Assembly: GCA_016432525.1 (NCBI GenBank)
Contig: CP066693.1
Span: 849,639 to 913,638, forward strand
Origin: Candidatus Woesebacteria bacterium
GTDB taxonomy: Bacteria > Patescibacteriota > Microgenomatia > UBA8517
DNA length: 64,000 nt
Direction of reading: 5' to 3'
A program made the translations under genes and the position numbers. Shown one piece after another: positions 19,702-28,860 of the stretch; positions within the stretch are counted from its first letter, which is position 1, and every line of letters starts with the position of its first letter. Under the pieces are notes generated by a model that was not told the origin of the DNA, made no database searches, and saw nothing but the letters and a program-made list of their open reading frames with translations.

Positions 19702-19980
19702 ATGCAAACGCCAGTATCTTTTATCAAAGAAGGTGGCAGCTTGCCGCACTCGTATCATAGGGATCCAATGATTCCCCGCGAGCGAGTGACCGCCGAGATC
19801 ACAAATTGCGCTTGCTGCGGTAAGCCAATCATGATCAAAGAGGGCGAAGATCCCCTCTGTCGGCGTTGCAAGAACCAGGGTGCGATCCCGGTTTTGTGTC
19901 GCATTGCAACCTGCACCACCATCATGTGGCGACGCAAGGACGAGCCTGCACCGGTTTGTTGCAATCACGAAAAAGTTTAG
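19702..19980 (+). CDS. small Cys-rich (zinc-ribbon-like) protein, paralog 1
   Basis: RBS GGAGGA before the ATG at 19702 (the ORF track's 19690 is a GTG). Cys pairs CACCG...CRRC and CRIATC...CC. GC-rich. Own terminator downstream. Confidence 0.5.
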   Translation: MQTPVSFIKEGGSLPHSYHRDPMIPRERVTAEITNCACCGKPIMIKEGEDPLCRRCKNQGAIPVLCRIATCTTIMWRRKDEPAPVCCNHEKV

Positions 19981-19992
19981 GGCCAAAGGGCC

Positions 19993-20040
19993 ATCCCGCA
20001 CTGACTTGGGTCAACCAACGTTAGCGCGGGATCTTTTTTG
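19993..20040 (+). terminator. rho-independent terminator
   Basis: ATCCCGC...GCGGGAT stem followed by TCTTTTTT. Confidence 0.6.
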
Positions 20041-20116
20041 CTCAAAAATTCATTTATTGATATAATATAATTCCTTAAATATTCGAGATGTCTTAGAGTT
20101 CATTGAAAGGAAAAAC

Positions 20117-20401
20117 ATGAGTAAGCATAGTAGGGCTCGGTTGTCGTTGGACAGAGTTGGCAATTACGTTTTTGGCGGAGTCTTAAATCACCCGCCATCG
20201 TATCTTCCCAATTACCAGTGTCTAAGTGACTATTCGCTTAGACAAAAGGTCATCGCCCAAAACGGCGGAAAGCCACCAACTTCCGGCGACATACGTGCAC
20301 TAAAGCCTTCCTATCATATCCAGACATGTAGAGAGCCTGGTTGCACAACTAAAGGCATCACCAAAATTGGTGAACCATTTTTCTGTCGCAGACACAAATA
20401 A
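20117..20401 (+). CDS. small Cys-rich (zinc-ribbon-like) protein, paralog 2
   Basis: RBS AGGAAA. CREPGC...CRRH C-terminal motif. AT-rich promoter-like region with TATAAT at 20061-20071. Own terminator. Confidence 0.5.
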   Translation: MSKHSRARLSLDRVGNYVFGGVLNHPPSYLPNYQCLSDYSLRQKVIAQNGGKPPTSGDIRALKPSYHIQTCREPGCTTKGITKIGEPFFCRRHK

Positions 20402-20422
20402 TAGGAAATAGCATATAGATCA

Positions 20423-20462
20423 ATCCCGCATTCAAAAATCTAACGAATGCGGGATTTTTTTG
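20423..20462 (+). terminator. rho-independent terminator
   Basis: ATCCCGCATTC...GAATGCGGGAT stem followed by TTTTTTT. Confidence 0.65.
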
Positions 20463-20521
20463 CCTATTTAATGTATAATATACTATCGTAACAAGCTTAG
20501 TGTAAAAGACAAGGGGACGAG

Positions 20522-20752
20522 ATGGTGACAAAGATGGTGGTACCTGAAAAAAGGGAAGCTAAAGTTCAATTGGTTACACGCCCACACAACCATGCGCGTC
20601 GGACTCCGGATGCAATGATTGTTCCATGTGCAGGTAAAGGCTGTCACGTTCAATTGATCGTTCCAATTGAACGATATGAAAAGGATAAGCTTTATTACTG
20701 CAGAGGCACTTTTTGTAAATACGAACGAACTACTCAAACAGGAGTAAGATAA
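20522..20752 (+). CDS. small Cys-rich (zinc-ribbon-like) protein, paralog 3
   Basis: RBS AAGGGGA. CAGKGC...CRGTFC motif. Extended -10 TGTATAAT at 20473-20480. Own terminator. Confidence 0.5.
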   Translation: MVTKMVVPEKREAKVQLVTRPHNHARRTPDAMIVPCAGKGCHVQLIVPIERYEKDKLYYCRGTFCKYERTTQTGVR

Positions 20753-20769
20753 CAAACCAAAGCAGGCCA

Positions 20770-20812
20770 AATCCTCGCAACACACGACAATTTTGCGAGG
20801 ATTTTCTTTTTG
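20770..20812 (+). terminator. rho-independent terminator
   Basis: AATCCTCGCAA...TTGCGAGGATT stem followed by TTCTTTTT. Confidence 0.6.
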
Positions 20813-20829
20813 ATATAATGACCATAAAT

Positions 20830-20900
20830 AGGCCTGTAGTGAAATGGCATCACAACCGTCTCCAAAACGGTTATTCCAGGTTCGAATCCTGGCAGGCCTG
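20830..20900 (+). tRNA. tRNA-Trp (CCA)
   Basis: AGGCCTG acceptor, anticodon stem ACCGT/ACGGT with loop CTCCAAA, T-arm CCAGGTTCGAATCCTGG. Confidence 0.8.
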
Positions 20901-20990
20901 CATTTGTTATTCAATTGTCGACACTTTTTTACACTTACATTCACTTTACCTATCTCGTAAATGTTGCTATTTTTACTCTATAATTAATTA

Positions 20991-21947
20991 ATGCCTGAAA
21001 TATTAATTGCTTTAATAAGCGGAATCGTCCTTCTCCTCTTTTCAACCAAAACTCTAATAAAGTTATCTGAAACTCTTTCTTTATCCTTAAAGCTATCACC
21101 TTTGATTATTGGTATGACTGTTGTCGCAATCGGGACTTCCCTGCCTGAATTGTCAGTATCCACAATCGCATCACTCCAGCACGATTATGGTTTGGCAGTC
21201 GGAAATATTATCGGGTCAAATATTGTAAATATTCTACTTGTTTTTTCAGTAGGTATACTCATAGGGAACCTCCGCATAGGGACAACTAAAACCCCAAGAA
21301 ATGCAATAATTTTGCTACTTTTTACTTTCATTTATACCTACACGCATCTATTTACAAATTTCCCTAGACAAACACTGGGGTTATTCTTTATAACCACCTC
21401 ATTTTTGGTTACTTTTCTCGAATATAAATGGGCACTCTTTGGTCGAACTCATGAAGATAATAAAAAATTCAAAAATTCTAAAAGGGTTAGGTTTACATTA
21501 GGAAAACTTATATTACTAATAATGTCTGTAGCCGGAATAATAACAGGCGGATATTTCATCGTAACATCAACCGAGAAACTATCTTTGATTACCGGATTGT
21601 CTACGGGGGTGCTTGGTTTAACTTTAACTGCAGTTGCAACTTCCTTACCGGAACTTCTAACTACCATATTTAGCCAAGAAGAACATGAAGAAAAGATGAC
21701 TATCGGAAACATAATTGGAAGTAATATTTATAATCTTTTTCTAATAGGAGGAATTATCGACTTATTCAGTGGTAATACAAATTTAATTCAAATCAACTGG
21801 TTAACGCTAAACTTAACGACTGTCTTTTTGGTTTTAATAATATTTATATTTCGCGGTAAAACAATTCCTAAATGGATTGGCCTAACATCTCTACTTTTAT
21901 TTTTTATGTATATCCTATACGAGACCAAAAATCTATCTTTGAACTAA
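20991..21947 (+). CDS. Ca2+/cation antiporter (CaCA / YrbG-like)
   Basis: Two alpha-repeats (GTSLPELSVS...GNIIGSNIVN and ATSLPELLTT...GNIIGSNIYN) and about 10 TM segments. Confidence 0.75.
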   Translation: MPEILIALISGIVLLLFSTKTLIKLSETLSLSLKLSPLIIGMTVVAIGTSLPELSVSTIASLQHDYGLAVGNIIGSNIVNILLVFSVGILIGNLRIGTTKTPRNAIILLLFTFIYTYTHLFTNFPRQTLGLFFITTSFLVTFLEYKWALFGRTHEDNKKFKNSKRVRFTLGKLILLIMSVAGIITGGYFIVTSTEKLSLITGLSTGVLGLTLTAVATSLPELLTTIFSQEEHEEKMTIGNIIGSNIYNLFLIGGIIDLFSGNTNLIQINWLTLNLTTVFLVLIIFIFRGKTIPKWIGLTSLLLFFMYILYETKNLSLN

Positions 21948-22067
21948 TAGATTACTTAATAGAATAAGCGTATTGAAGGTTTAGAAACTGTCCGATCTTT
22001 TCAACATCAAACGAGCTAATTTTTTTTGTGCCAAATTGTTCGAAGGTCGTGCACTAATGCCTGCCAA

Positions 22068-22613
22068 TTACTTCCCAGAAGCCTTACGAACGTTTATGGA
22101 AATAGGAGAAAGAGTGGAGATAACGTTTTGCCCGCCTTCACCAGTTGCAATAACTAAAGTATTCGCCGAATCAAAAGAAACAGGAGTAATTCCTTGAGAG
22201 ATAGCCGTAAAATTAAGAGTTGCCAGAACCCCAGATCCCGAAACAGGCATAGATCCTGGGGGAACAATCAAAGCATAAGAAAGTTTCCCTGAAGTATTAT
22301 CTATAGTAGGCCCTAATATTGTCGGATTTGTATAAAATGTTCCGGCAACAACTCCATTAAGTCTAAGCTTCAAAGGATCATAATTTATATTTAATTGAGC
22401 CCCAGCTGTTTGATTTAAACCTGTCGAAATATAAACTCTCAAAGAAAATTGATCGTTTACTTTAATTTTATTATTAACAAGCAAAAAACTTAGGCTTGTA
22501 GAAGGAGCGGCACTGCTTCTAATATCATATTTTCTATTCACCTGGTTAACTACAAAAAGGCTAACTAAAACTGAAATCAGAAAAAATACCGTTGCCAAAA
22601 ACCATTTAACCAT
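22068..22613 (-). CDS. membrane-anchored single cohesin-like domain protein
   Basis: N-terminal TM segment. Domain paralogous to the N-domains of the 11407 and 13121 genes. Confidence 0.45.
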   Translation of the reverse strand: MVKWFLATVFFLISVLVSLFVVNQVNRKYDIRSSAAPSTSLSFLLVNNKIKVNDQFSLRVYISTGLNQTAGAQLNINYDPLKLRLNGVVAGTFYTNPTILGPTIDNTSGKLSYALIVPPGSMPVSGSGVLATLNFTAISQGITPVSFDSANTLVIATGEGGQNVISTLSPISINVRKASGK

Positions 22614-22671
22614 TTCTTTTAATTTAATAACTTTTGCAATTTAAATGCAAATTTTATTATAATTAGCGTCC

Positions 22672-23712
22672 ATGTCTATAAAAAATGAAGCCCAAAAGTT
22701 AACTATCATTATTCCAGCCTATAAAGAGGCTGGCTCAGTTGGCGATACTGTCAAAAGTTTGATTAATCAAACTACACCACCAAAACAGATAATTGTAATT
22801 GATGACTGCTCAACAGATAATACAGCCGAAGTAGCCAAAGCATCAGGCGCAAAAGTCGTGACACCTCCTCATAACACAGGCACTAAAGCCGGAGCTCAAA
22901 ATTATGGTTTATCTTTTGTTGATACAAAGTATGTTATGGCAATTGATGCAGATACAATTATCGCAAAAGATGGAGTCGAAAAGCTTCTTCCCGCTCTTTT
23001 TGAAAAAAATGTTGTGGCAGCTTGTGGATCAGTAATTCCAAGATATCGAAAAACTCTTTGGGAACGTGGGCGATACATTGAATATCTAATGGCTTTTACT
23101 TTTTACAAACCAATTCAAAACTACTTTGAAAAGCCATTAATCTCATCTGGCTGTTTTTCTGTCTACAAAACAAAAATTCTCAAAAAAATGGGTGGTTGGC
23201 AAACTCGCACAATGGCAGAGGATATGGATCTTACCTGGAGTTTTTATCATAAAGGATATAGTGTAAGATTTGTACCAGAAGCAGTAAGCTACCCCATCGA
23301 GCCTCACAATTTTAATTTTATGAAAAAACAGCTCAAAAGATGGTCGCATGGTTTCATGCAAAATGTAATTCTTCATGGAAAAGAAGTAATAGAAATTCCC
23401 TATCTTGCAGGAATTATTACTGTTGGTCTTTGGGATGCATTAATAGCTTCTCTTTCCTACCTTTTTCTAGCCCCTGTTCTTACTTTGGTTTTCAGAAATC
23501 CTATTTTTTTACTTGCGTATATAATTGACGCCCCTGCCATTGCAGCTCCAGTCCTTATAAAAGCCTATGAAAGAAAAGAATTTTGGGAAGCTCTTACAAG
23601 TATTCCATCATTTTTTGTTCTACGTTTTGTTAATTGTTACTTTATATTAGAAGCATTTTTCCAAGAAATAGTATTCAAAAACAGATTAACTGTTTACGAG
23701 AAAGGTCACTAA
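22672..23712 (+). CDS. family-2 glycosyltransferase, processive synthase type (QxxRW)
   Basis: IIIPAYKE...VIDDCSTD...AIDADT and QLKRWSHG (QxxRW), with C-terminal TM helices. Confidence 0.75.
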   Translation: MSIKNEAQKLTIIIPAYKEAGSVGDTVKSLINQTTPPKQIIVIDDCSTDNTAEVAKASGAKVVTPPHNTGTKAGAQNYGLSFVDTKYVMAIDADTIIAKDGVEKLLPALFEKNVVAACGSVIPRYRKTLWERGRYIEYLMAFTFYKPIQNYFEKPLISSGCFSVYKTKILKKMGGWQTRTMAEDMDLTWSFYHKGYSVRFVPEAVSYPIEPHNFNFMKKQLKRWSHGFMQNVILHGKEVIEIPYLAGIITVGLWDALIASLSYLFLAPVLTLVFRNPIFLLAYIIDAPAIAAPVLIKAYERKEFWEALTSIPSFFVLRFVNCYFILEAFFQEIVFKNRLTVYEKGH

Positions 23713-24114
23713 ATGAACGCAGGATTACCAACAACAGGGATAGCATCAATCTTCTATTTTTTAAGTATAATCTTCATGTTTGTAAATGAGTGCATAAATA
23801 TTGTCCGCAAGAAAAGTAACTTAAAAAGGTGGAGATTTGTAGGAAAACAAATTTTTATAACAGCTTCCATTATATTTGCAATAGTGGGAACTGGGTATAT
23901 CTTAAAGATGGCAATCCCAGCAAAAGAAGTAACTGCAATTACTGGCATAAATACAACTGAAGGGTTTCAAAAAAATACAAATTTGATATTTTTTACTCCT
24001 TTTATAATACTCGCAATTTTAATAGCACTTACCCAGATCCTCAGATTATTCTTTCGACTTTCTTCCCGCTATATAAACTCCCAAAGACACAAAAGCCAAC
24101 AAAGCCATAATTAA
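23713..24114 (+). CDS. small 3-TM membrane protein coupled to the GT2 gene
   Basis: TAA-ATG junction with the GT2 gene. Hydrophobic segments. Overlaps the convergent 24046..24597 gene, so the exact end is uncertain. Confidence 0.4.
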   Translation: MNAGLPTTGIASIFYFLSIIFMFVNECINIVRKKSNLKRWRFVGKQIFITASIIFAIVGTGYILKMAIPAKEVTAITGINTTEGFQKNTNLIFFTPFIILAILIALTQILRLFFRLSSRYINSQRHKSQQSHN

Positions 24115-24597
24115 AAATAAGACCTGAAATCCAAAATAGGTAGCAATAAACCCACTTGCGATACTTCCAACGGCTGTCATTAAAGCCGCCCAAAATTGCC
24201 ACACTCCCCATTCTCGAACATGTTTTTTGGGATCCAGATATCTTGAAACTGAAGCATTAAAAACAGGGGAACCAACTCCATCAGTAATTCCAACAATTAT
24301 CTGTACTGCAAATAAAGTTGGAATACTTGGGAATATTGCAATCGCAAGCCAAGCCAGTCCCCTTACCAAAAAATTAAGCTGCAAAATGTGGCTTTCAAAT
24401 TTCACTCCATCATGAAGCCTTGTTGAAATAAGTCCAGCAATACTACTTGCCAAAAATCCAACTCCAAATAATATCCCCGAAATAATTGCCCCTCCGTGAA
24501 TTGATTTTACAAAAAGCGCATAAACTGGGACCAAAATAGCTCCAGCCAAAACAAAAATAACATTCGAAGCAAGTAAAAATTTCAAATTTCTATTCAT
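24046..24597 (-). CDS. 6-TM membrane protein resembling a half-size MFS transporter
   Basis: Six hydrophobic helices and an MFS-like signature region (...GVGFLASSIAGLISTRLHD...). Confidence 0.45.
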   Translation of the reverse strand: MNRNLKFLLASNVIFVLAGAILVPVYALFVKSIHGGAIISGILFGVGFLASSIAGLISTRLHDGVKFESHILQLNFLVRGLAWLAIAIFPSIPTLFAVQIIVGITDGVGSPVFNASVSRYLDPKKHVREWGVWQFWAALMTAVGSIASGFIATYFGFQVLFLIMALLAFVSLGVYIAGRKSKE

Positions 24598-24683
24598 CTA
24601 TATTTATAATATCAGATGTAAATATACTATTGTGATATAATATTTTATCGATCGTTTAGTTTTTTGCACATTAGGAGATTTCG

Positions 24684-24923
24684 ATGATTGTAAAAATTTC
24701 CGCGCCGGAGATCAAAGATTGTTCATCACCTTGCCAAAAATTGGATGCAATAAGAATCGCAAACAACATCACCGACTTGACAATGTTTGTCAGATTCTTG
24801 GCAATTCAGGGCATCCGCACAAGCGAACAAGAACTCACCATGATCCAAACAGGAAATTACCTCCCAGCATTTGAGCAAAAAGCACAGACATTGGTATTGA
24901 GTATTTCAGAAGTCATGCAGTAA
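24684..24923 (+). CDS. hypothetical small protein
   Basis: RBS AGGAGA before the ATG. Followed by a strong hairpin. Confidence 0.35.
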   Translation: MIVKISAPEIKDCSSPCQKLDAIRIANNITDLTMFVRFLAIQGIRTSEQELTMIQTGNYLPAFEQKAQTLVLSISEVMQ

Positions 24924-24940
24924 AAATTAAACCTCTTCTT

Positions 24941-24971
24941 CCCCTTCGGGAAAACCAAAACCTCGAAGGGG
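24941..24971. terminator. bidirectional hairpin terminator between convergent genes
   Basis: CCCCTTCG...CGAAGGGG 8-bp stem between the 24684 (+) and 24979 (-) genes. Confidence 0.5.
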
Positions 24972-24978
24972 ATTCAAA

Positions 24979-25995
24979 TTAACCTCCACAATTAGGACAA
25001 ACATATTTTGTGGATCCATTAACTCCTTGTTTAACCATGTTTGCTCCACAATCAAAACAAACCCTTACTGAACTATTCGCCTCTCTAGTATTTTCCACTT
25101 TTATCTCGTCTCCTGCTCTCAAATCAAAGCTCATTTGATTTTCAGAAATTTTAACTCTTGGTTTTTTTCTACGAATAGGTCTTCTATCATATTCACGAGT
25201 GTTATCAACCACTTGAGATCCATAATCACATCTTCTCCAATACTGGCAAAAATTCCTACAAATAAGGCTATTGGTAGGGTTAGCAACTGGTATTTTACCT
25301 TCGCCAATTCTTTTATTTAAATCTTCAAGATAACCAACTAAGGTTATAAACTCTCGAAGAGTCTGGCCATTCCAGGGCAGTTTTCTTTCCAACTGCATTC
25401 CGCGAGAATTTTTTCCTCCATCCACAGAGACATATAAAAGGTTTGCTCCTACTATATCAAGCTCTCTTCCTTCGGGAGTTAAAGTATTTGAAGCAACTCC
25501 CATATTCCATACCAACAATTTACGGACATCAGAGTTTAAATCAGATTCAGCCTTTAATTGTTTTAAAACAAAATAAGGAACAAATTTAATACAAACCAGC
25601 TGATCCAAAGTATATATTTGTCCAGTTTCCTGATCTTCTTCCTGATAGCTATAAACACAATCTATTCTACTTTTAACTCCCAAATCTAAATCAATAAGTT
25701 CAAGTGGTTTTCCAAATCTTGTTAATTTCTCTTGAAGAATTCTTTTTGATCCTGCAGATTTTATCTCTGCTACTGTATATAAATACCTATCCTCACTTGT
25801 ACTTCGTGAATCAATTCCGATCTTTCGAAAATACCACATCCTATCACAAGCCAGTGGAACAGAAATATCAACTTTTGGATTAAACCCTATTCCGTCACTC
25901 AAAGACTTAACCAAATTGGGTGTAAAATCCCTAACTCCTGGAGTCCTCTCAGAAGCAAACTCAATTTCACCCGAGAATTCAATTCTCTCTGCCAT
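24979..25995 (-). CDS. hypothetical protein with Cys cluster and C-terminal zinc ribbon; possibly a Cas4/RecB-like PD-(D/E)xK nuclease
   Basis: One N-terminal Cys plus a Cx3Cx5C cluster (CRNFCQYWRRC) reminiscent of Cas4/AddB-type Fe-S nucleases. C-terminal CFDCG...CPNCGG ribbon. The catalytic motif is not confidently identified. Confidence 0.3.
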   Translation of the reverse strand: MAERIEFSGEIEFASERTPGVRDFTPNLVKSLSDGIGFNPKVDISVPLACDRMWYFRKIGIDSRSTSEDRYLYTVAEIKSAGSKRILQEKLTRFGKPLELIDLDLGVKSRIDCVYSYQEEDQETGQIYTLDQLVCIKFVPYFVLKQLKAESDLNSDVRKLLVWNMGVASNTLTPEGRELDIVGANLLYVSVDGGKNSRGMQLERKLPWNGQTLREFITLVGYLEDLNKRIGEGKIPVANPTNSLICRNFCQYWRRCDYGSQVVDNTREYDRRPIRRKKPRVKISENQMSFDLRAGDEIKVENTREANSSVRVCFDCGANMVKQGVNGSTKYVCPNCGG

Positions 25996-26138
25996 CGACT
26001 ATCGGCCCTAGTTATACTATCAATTCAAATAGTTCAAAAAAAGGGGATCTTCTTGTATCAAAATAATACTAAAAATTTCATTTCTTTGAAGTGATCTGAT
26101 AAAATACTTAATAAGTTCCGGAAAGGAGGCGAATTTAA

Positions 26139-26333
26139 TTGATTATTATTAAAAAACAAAAAGGAGAATCCGAAGATCATCTCATTGCCCGTTTTAGGAA
26201 AAAAATCCTTTACGAAAAGGTAATTCCTGATTTTCGTGAACGCGAACGCCACAAGAAAAAATCAGAGCAAAGAAAAGAAAGAAACTATAGAGTCGCCCAC
26301 TTAAGAGAGCTTGAGAAAAAGCGTTCTGTGTAA
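26139..26333 (+). CDS. rpsU: 30S ribosomal protein S21
   Basis: TTG start after GGAGG. ...HLIARFRKKILYEKVIPDFRERERHKKKSEQRKE matches the basic C-terminus of S21. Confidence 0.7.
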   Translation: MIIIKKQKGESEDHLIARFRKKILYEKVIPDFRERERHKKKSEQRKERNYRVAHLRELEKKRSV

Positions 26334-26978
26334 TTTTGTAGGACCATTTATGGCAATCGCATCCCTGTGTTCTTTTGTTCCATATCCCTTGTTTTTGTGC
26401 CATAAATAAGGGAGGTATGGAGGACTTTTTGAAAACTCTTCCATAAGTTTATCTCTATAGACTTTGGCAATAATCGAAGAAGCTGCAATTGAAATACTTT
26501 TGGAGTCTCCACGGATAATTGCTTTTTGTTTCTTCTGAGAAACACCCGAGACATATGGAACATAAAATGCATCAATCAGCAAATAATCAATTCTTATTAA
26601 ACTTTTTACAGCCCTTCTAAATGCCATATTGGTAGCATCAACAATTCCATTTTTATTAATTTCAGATACACTTGCTTCCCCTATTGCCCAAGCTAAACAG
26701 TTTTCTTTAATCCAAAAAGATGCCAATTCTCGCTGTTTTGGTGTCAACTTTTTCGAGTCGTTAATGCGAACCATACTGCGAATCGCATCTTTCTGGCTAC
26801 GAAGTCTCGAAGAAAGTGCGATCGCAGTTGGTTCGAAGATAACAGCAGCAGTAACCACAGGCCCAGCAAAAGCGCCCCTCCCCACTTCATCCATCCCAGC
26901 AACAAGCTTATGCCCCTGCTTCCAAAGCCCTCTCTCAAATGAAAAATTAGGTAGATCCATAATTGCAAATTCTAACAT
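26301..26978 (-). CDS. rnhB: ribonuclease HII
   Basis: AGMDEVGRGAFAGPVV (DEVGRG) motif and overall RNase HII layout. Confidence 0.9.
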   Translation of the reverse strand: MLEFAIMDLPNFSFERGLWKQGHKLVAGMDEVGRGAFAGPVVTAAVIFEPTAIALSSRLRSQKDAIRSMVRINDSKKLTPKQRELASFWIKENCLAWAIGEASVSEINKNGIVDATNMAFRRAVKSLIRIDYLLIDAFYVPYVSGVSQKKQKAIIRGDSKSISIAASSIIAKVYRDKLMEEFSKSPPYLPYLWHKNKGYGTKEHRDAIAINGPTKLHRTLFLKLS

Positions 26979-26996
26979 AGAAATTTATACTGAATT

Positions 26997-27269
26997 ATGA
27001 AAAAGATTGATTCAGATGAAATAAAGAAAATTGTTTCTGAGGCTCTAAATGAAGTTATAGTACCAATTATTGAAAAAATTGACGAAAAAACTGATCAAAT
27101 GGAAACGAAGATGACAACATTGGAAACGAAGATGACAACATTGGAAACTAACATGGCAACCAAGGAAGATATTGATCGTCTCGAAAGAAAATTTGACGCA
27201 CAGCAAAAAAGACTAGATCGGCATGGAATTCAGATTGAAAATCTTCAAAAAAGAGTAAGTATCTTATAA
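26997..27269 (+). CDS. small coiled-coil protein with an internal repeat
   Basis: METKMTTLETKMTTLETNMATKEDI, encoded by a tandem ~21-nt DNA repeat. Confidence 0.35.
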   Translation: MKKIDSDEIKKIVSEALNEVIVPIIEKIDEKTDQMETKMTTLETKMTTLETNMATKEDIDRLERKFDAQQKRLDRHGIQIENLQKRVSIL

Positions 27270-27352
27270 TCAATATTGATTATCCGTTTTCTTTGCAATT
27301 TGGATTTATTCTGTGTTAAAATACCCCAAAACCTCCAAAGGTAACCTACACA

Positions 27353-27526
27353 ATGCTTAAGTATTTTAAAGAAGTTCTAGGTGAGTTAAAACAAGTAACA
27401 TGGCCAACTAGATCTGAAACTATAAAACTAACATTTATAGTAATTGCAATTTCAACTATAGTAAGCATTTATCTAGGAGGTCTAGATTTAGGTTTCACTA
27501 AACTATTAGGAATTTTACTAAAATAA
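27353..27526 (+). CDS. secE: preprotein translocase subunit SecE (57 aa, absent from the ORF track)
   Basis: MLKYFKEVLGELKQVTWPTRSETIKLTFIVIAISTIVSIYLGGLDLGFTKLLGILLK. The conserved KVTWPTR motif plus a single TM helix. The stop lies 1 nt before nusG. Confidence 0.75.
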   Translation: MLKYFKEVLGELKQVTWPTRSETIKLTFIVIAISTIVSIYLGGLDLGFTKLLGILLK

Positions 27527-27527
27527 A

Positions 27528-28142
27528 ATGGACGACACAAAAAAAGAATCAGTAGAAGAGCGCGGAACTGGAAAGAAAAAAATTCCAGGCCATATCGTCA
27601 TTTCTCAAACTGAAGACAAAAATGCCAAATGGTATGTAGTTCACACTGCATCAGGCCATGAAGCTCGCGTTTCAGAAAATCTTCGCCAACGCGTTGAAAC
27701 AATGAATCTTCAAAAAAATATCTTCGAACTTCTTATTCCAACTCAGGATAAAGTAATTATTCGTGGTGGTAAAAAATTAAATATCAAAGAAAAAATTTTT
27801 CCAGGATATCTTTTAGTTAAAATGATTTTGGATGACAACTCTTGGCTTGCAGTCAGAACAACCCAGGGAGTTACTGGCTTTGTAGGAACTGGCGATCAGC
27901 CAACTCCTCTGTCAGATTCAGAAGTATCAAATATTCAAAAATTCGTATCATCTCCTGCTCCCCGTTATAAAACCAAACTTTCAGTTGGTGAAGCAGTTAA
28001 AATTACAGATGGTCCATTCACAGATTTCCTTGGAACAATTCATGAAATGGACGAAACAAGAGGAAAAGTAAAAGTATTGGTCTCAATTTTTGGTCGCGAA
28101 ACTCCAGTCGAGCTAGATTTTCTTCAAGTACAAAAAGTTTAA
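27528..28142 (+). CDS. nusG: transcription antitermination factor NusG
   Basis: NGN domain (WYVVHTASGHE...) and KOW (GEAVKITDGPFTDFLGTI). Confidence 0.9.
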   Translation: MDDTKKESVEERGTGKKKIPGHIVISQTEDKNAKWYVVHTASGHEARVSENLRQRVETMNLQKNIFELLIPTQDKVIIRGGKKLNIKEKIFPGYLLVKMILDDNSWLAVRTTQGVTGFVGTGDQPTPLSDSEVSNIQKFVSSPAPRYKTKLSVGEAVKITDGPFTDFLGTIHEMDETRGKVKVLVSIFGRETPVELDFLQVQKV

Positions 28143-28720
28143 GGTTTCTCAAAGACTAAAACATACGATTCTTCCTGAAAAACAGAAAAAACACCTGATC
28201 TTTTTAGATCCACTACTCCTTCTTGACTAAAAATTTTATTTACTCCTTCTCTTCCTCTTCCGTGATATTCCTCTTTTAGGCTAAATCCCGAAGATTCAAA
28301 TACATTCTTCAAATCAATATCCTCACTAAAACCTCTATATCCATACGGGGTATTTGTCTCGAGAATAATCACTTTTCCATCTCTTCGGCAAACCCTAAAC
28401 CATTCTTTTGCTATTTCACTTAAATCTCCTATATTGCCTGATGAAAAATTTAGAGAAAGCTTATATTTATCATTTGGAGGATAATGTGAACCAAAAAAAT
28501 CTTTGCAAAAGATAGAACCAACGGATTCAGCTGCCAAAGGTAGTCTTTGAGCATTGGCAACAAGATCTGTCCCTTTTTTAATTGAAACACCAGGAAAAGA
28601 AGTAGAGTCTTTATCCAATCTAACAACATCTTCAGTTACCAAATCAGGTCTCAGATACTCTGCAAACGAAGTCATTCCTACTCCCACCTCTAAAGTAAAA
28701 TCCTTATCTTCACTCATCAT
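28139..28720 (-). CDS. probable class I SAM-dependent methyltransferase
   Basis: LEVGVGMTSF (motif I-like) and DGKVIILE. The 28753 start in the ORF track is a TTG. The ATG start at 28720 is preferred. Confidence 0.4.
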   Translation of the reverse strand: MMSEDKDFTLEVGVGMTSFAEYLRPDLVTEDVVRLDKDSTSFPGVSIKKGTDLVANAQRLPLAAESVGSIFCKDFFGSHYPPNDKYKLSLNFSSGNIGDLSEIAKEWFRVCRRDGKVIILETNTPYGYRGFSEDIDLKNVFESSGFSLKEEYHGRGREGVNKIFSQEGVVDLKRSGVFSVFQEESYVLVFEKP

Positions 28721-28860
28721 AAAAGTGTATACAAAATTACCATTGAAACACAAGACATAGGGTTCTAATATAGGTTAGAACGCCCTTTTACACTAAGTGG
28801 AGGTGTCCCTGGAAAAAAAATCCTTATCGTCAGTTTCTTGTCGTAAGTAAAGGGGGATAT

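Noticed and set aside
19675-20065. Antisense ORFs 19675..20001(-), 19755..19964(-) and 19880..20065(+) overlapping the first small Cys-rich gene
   Set aside because: The plus-strand gene has the RBS, promoter and terminator. The overlaps are open frames in GC-rich DNA.
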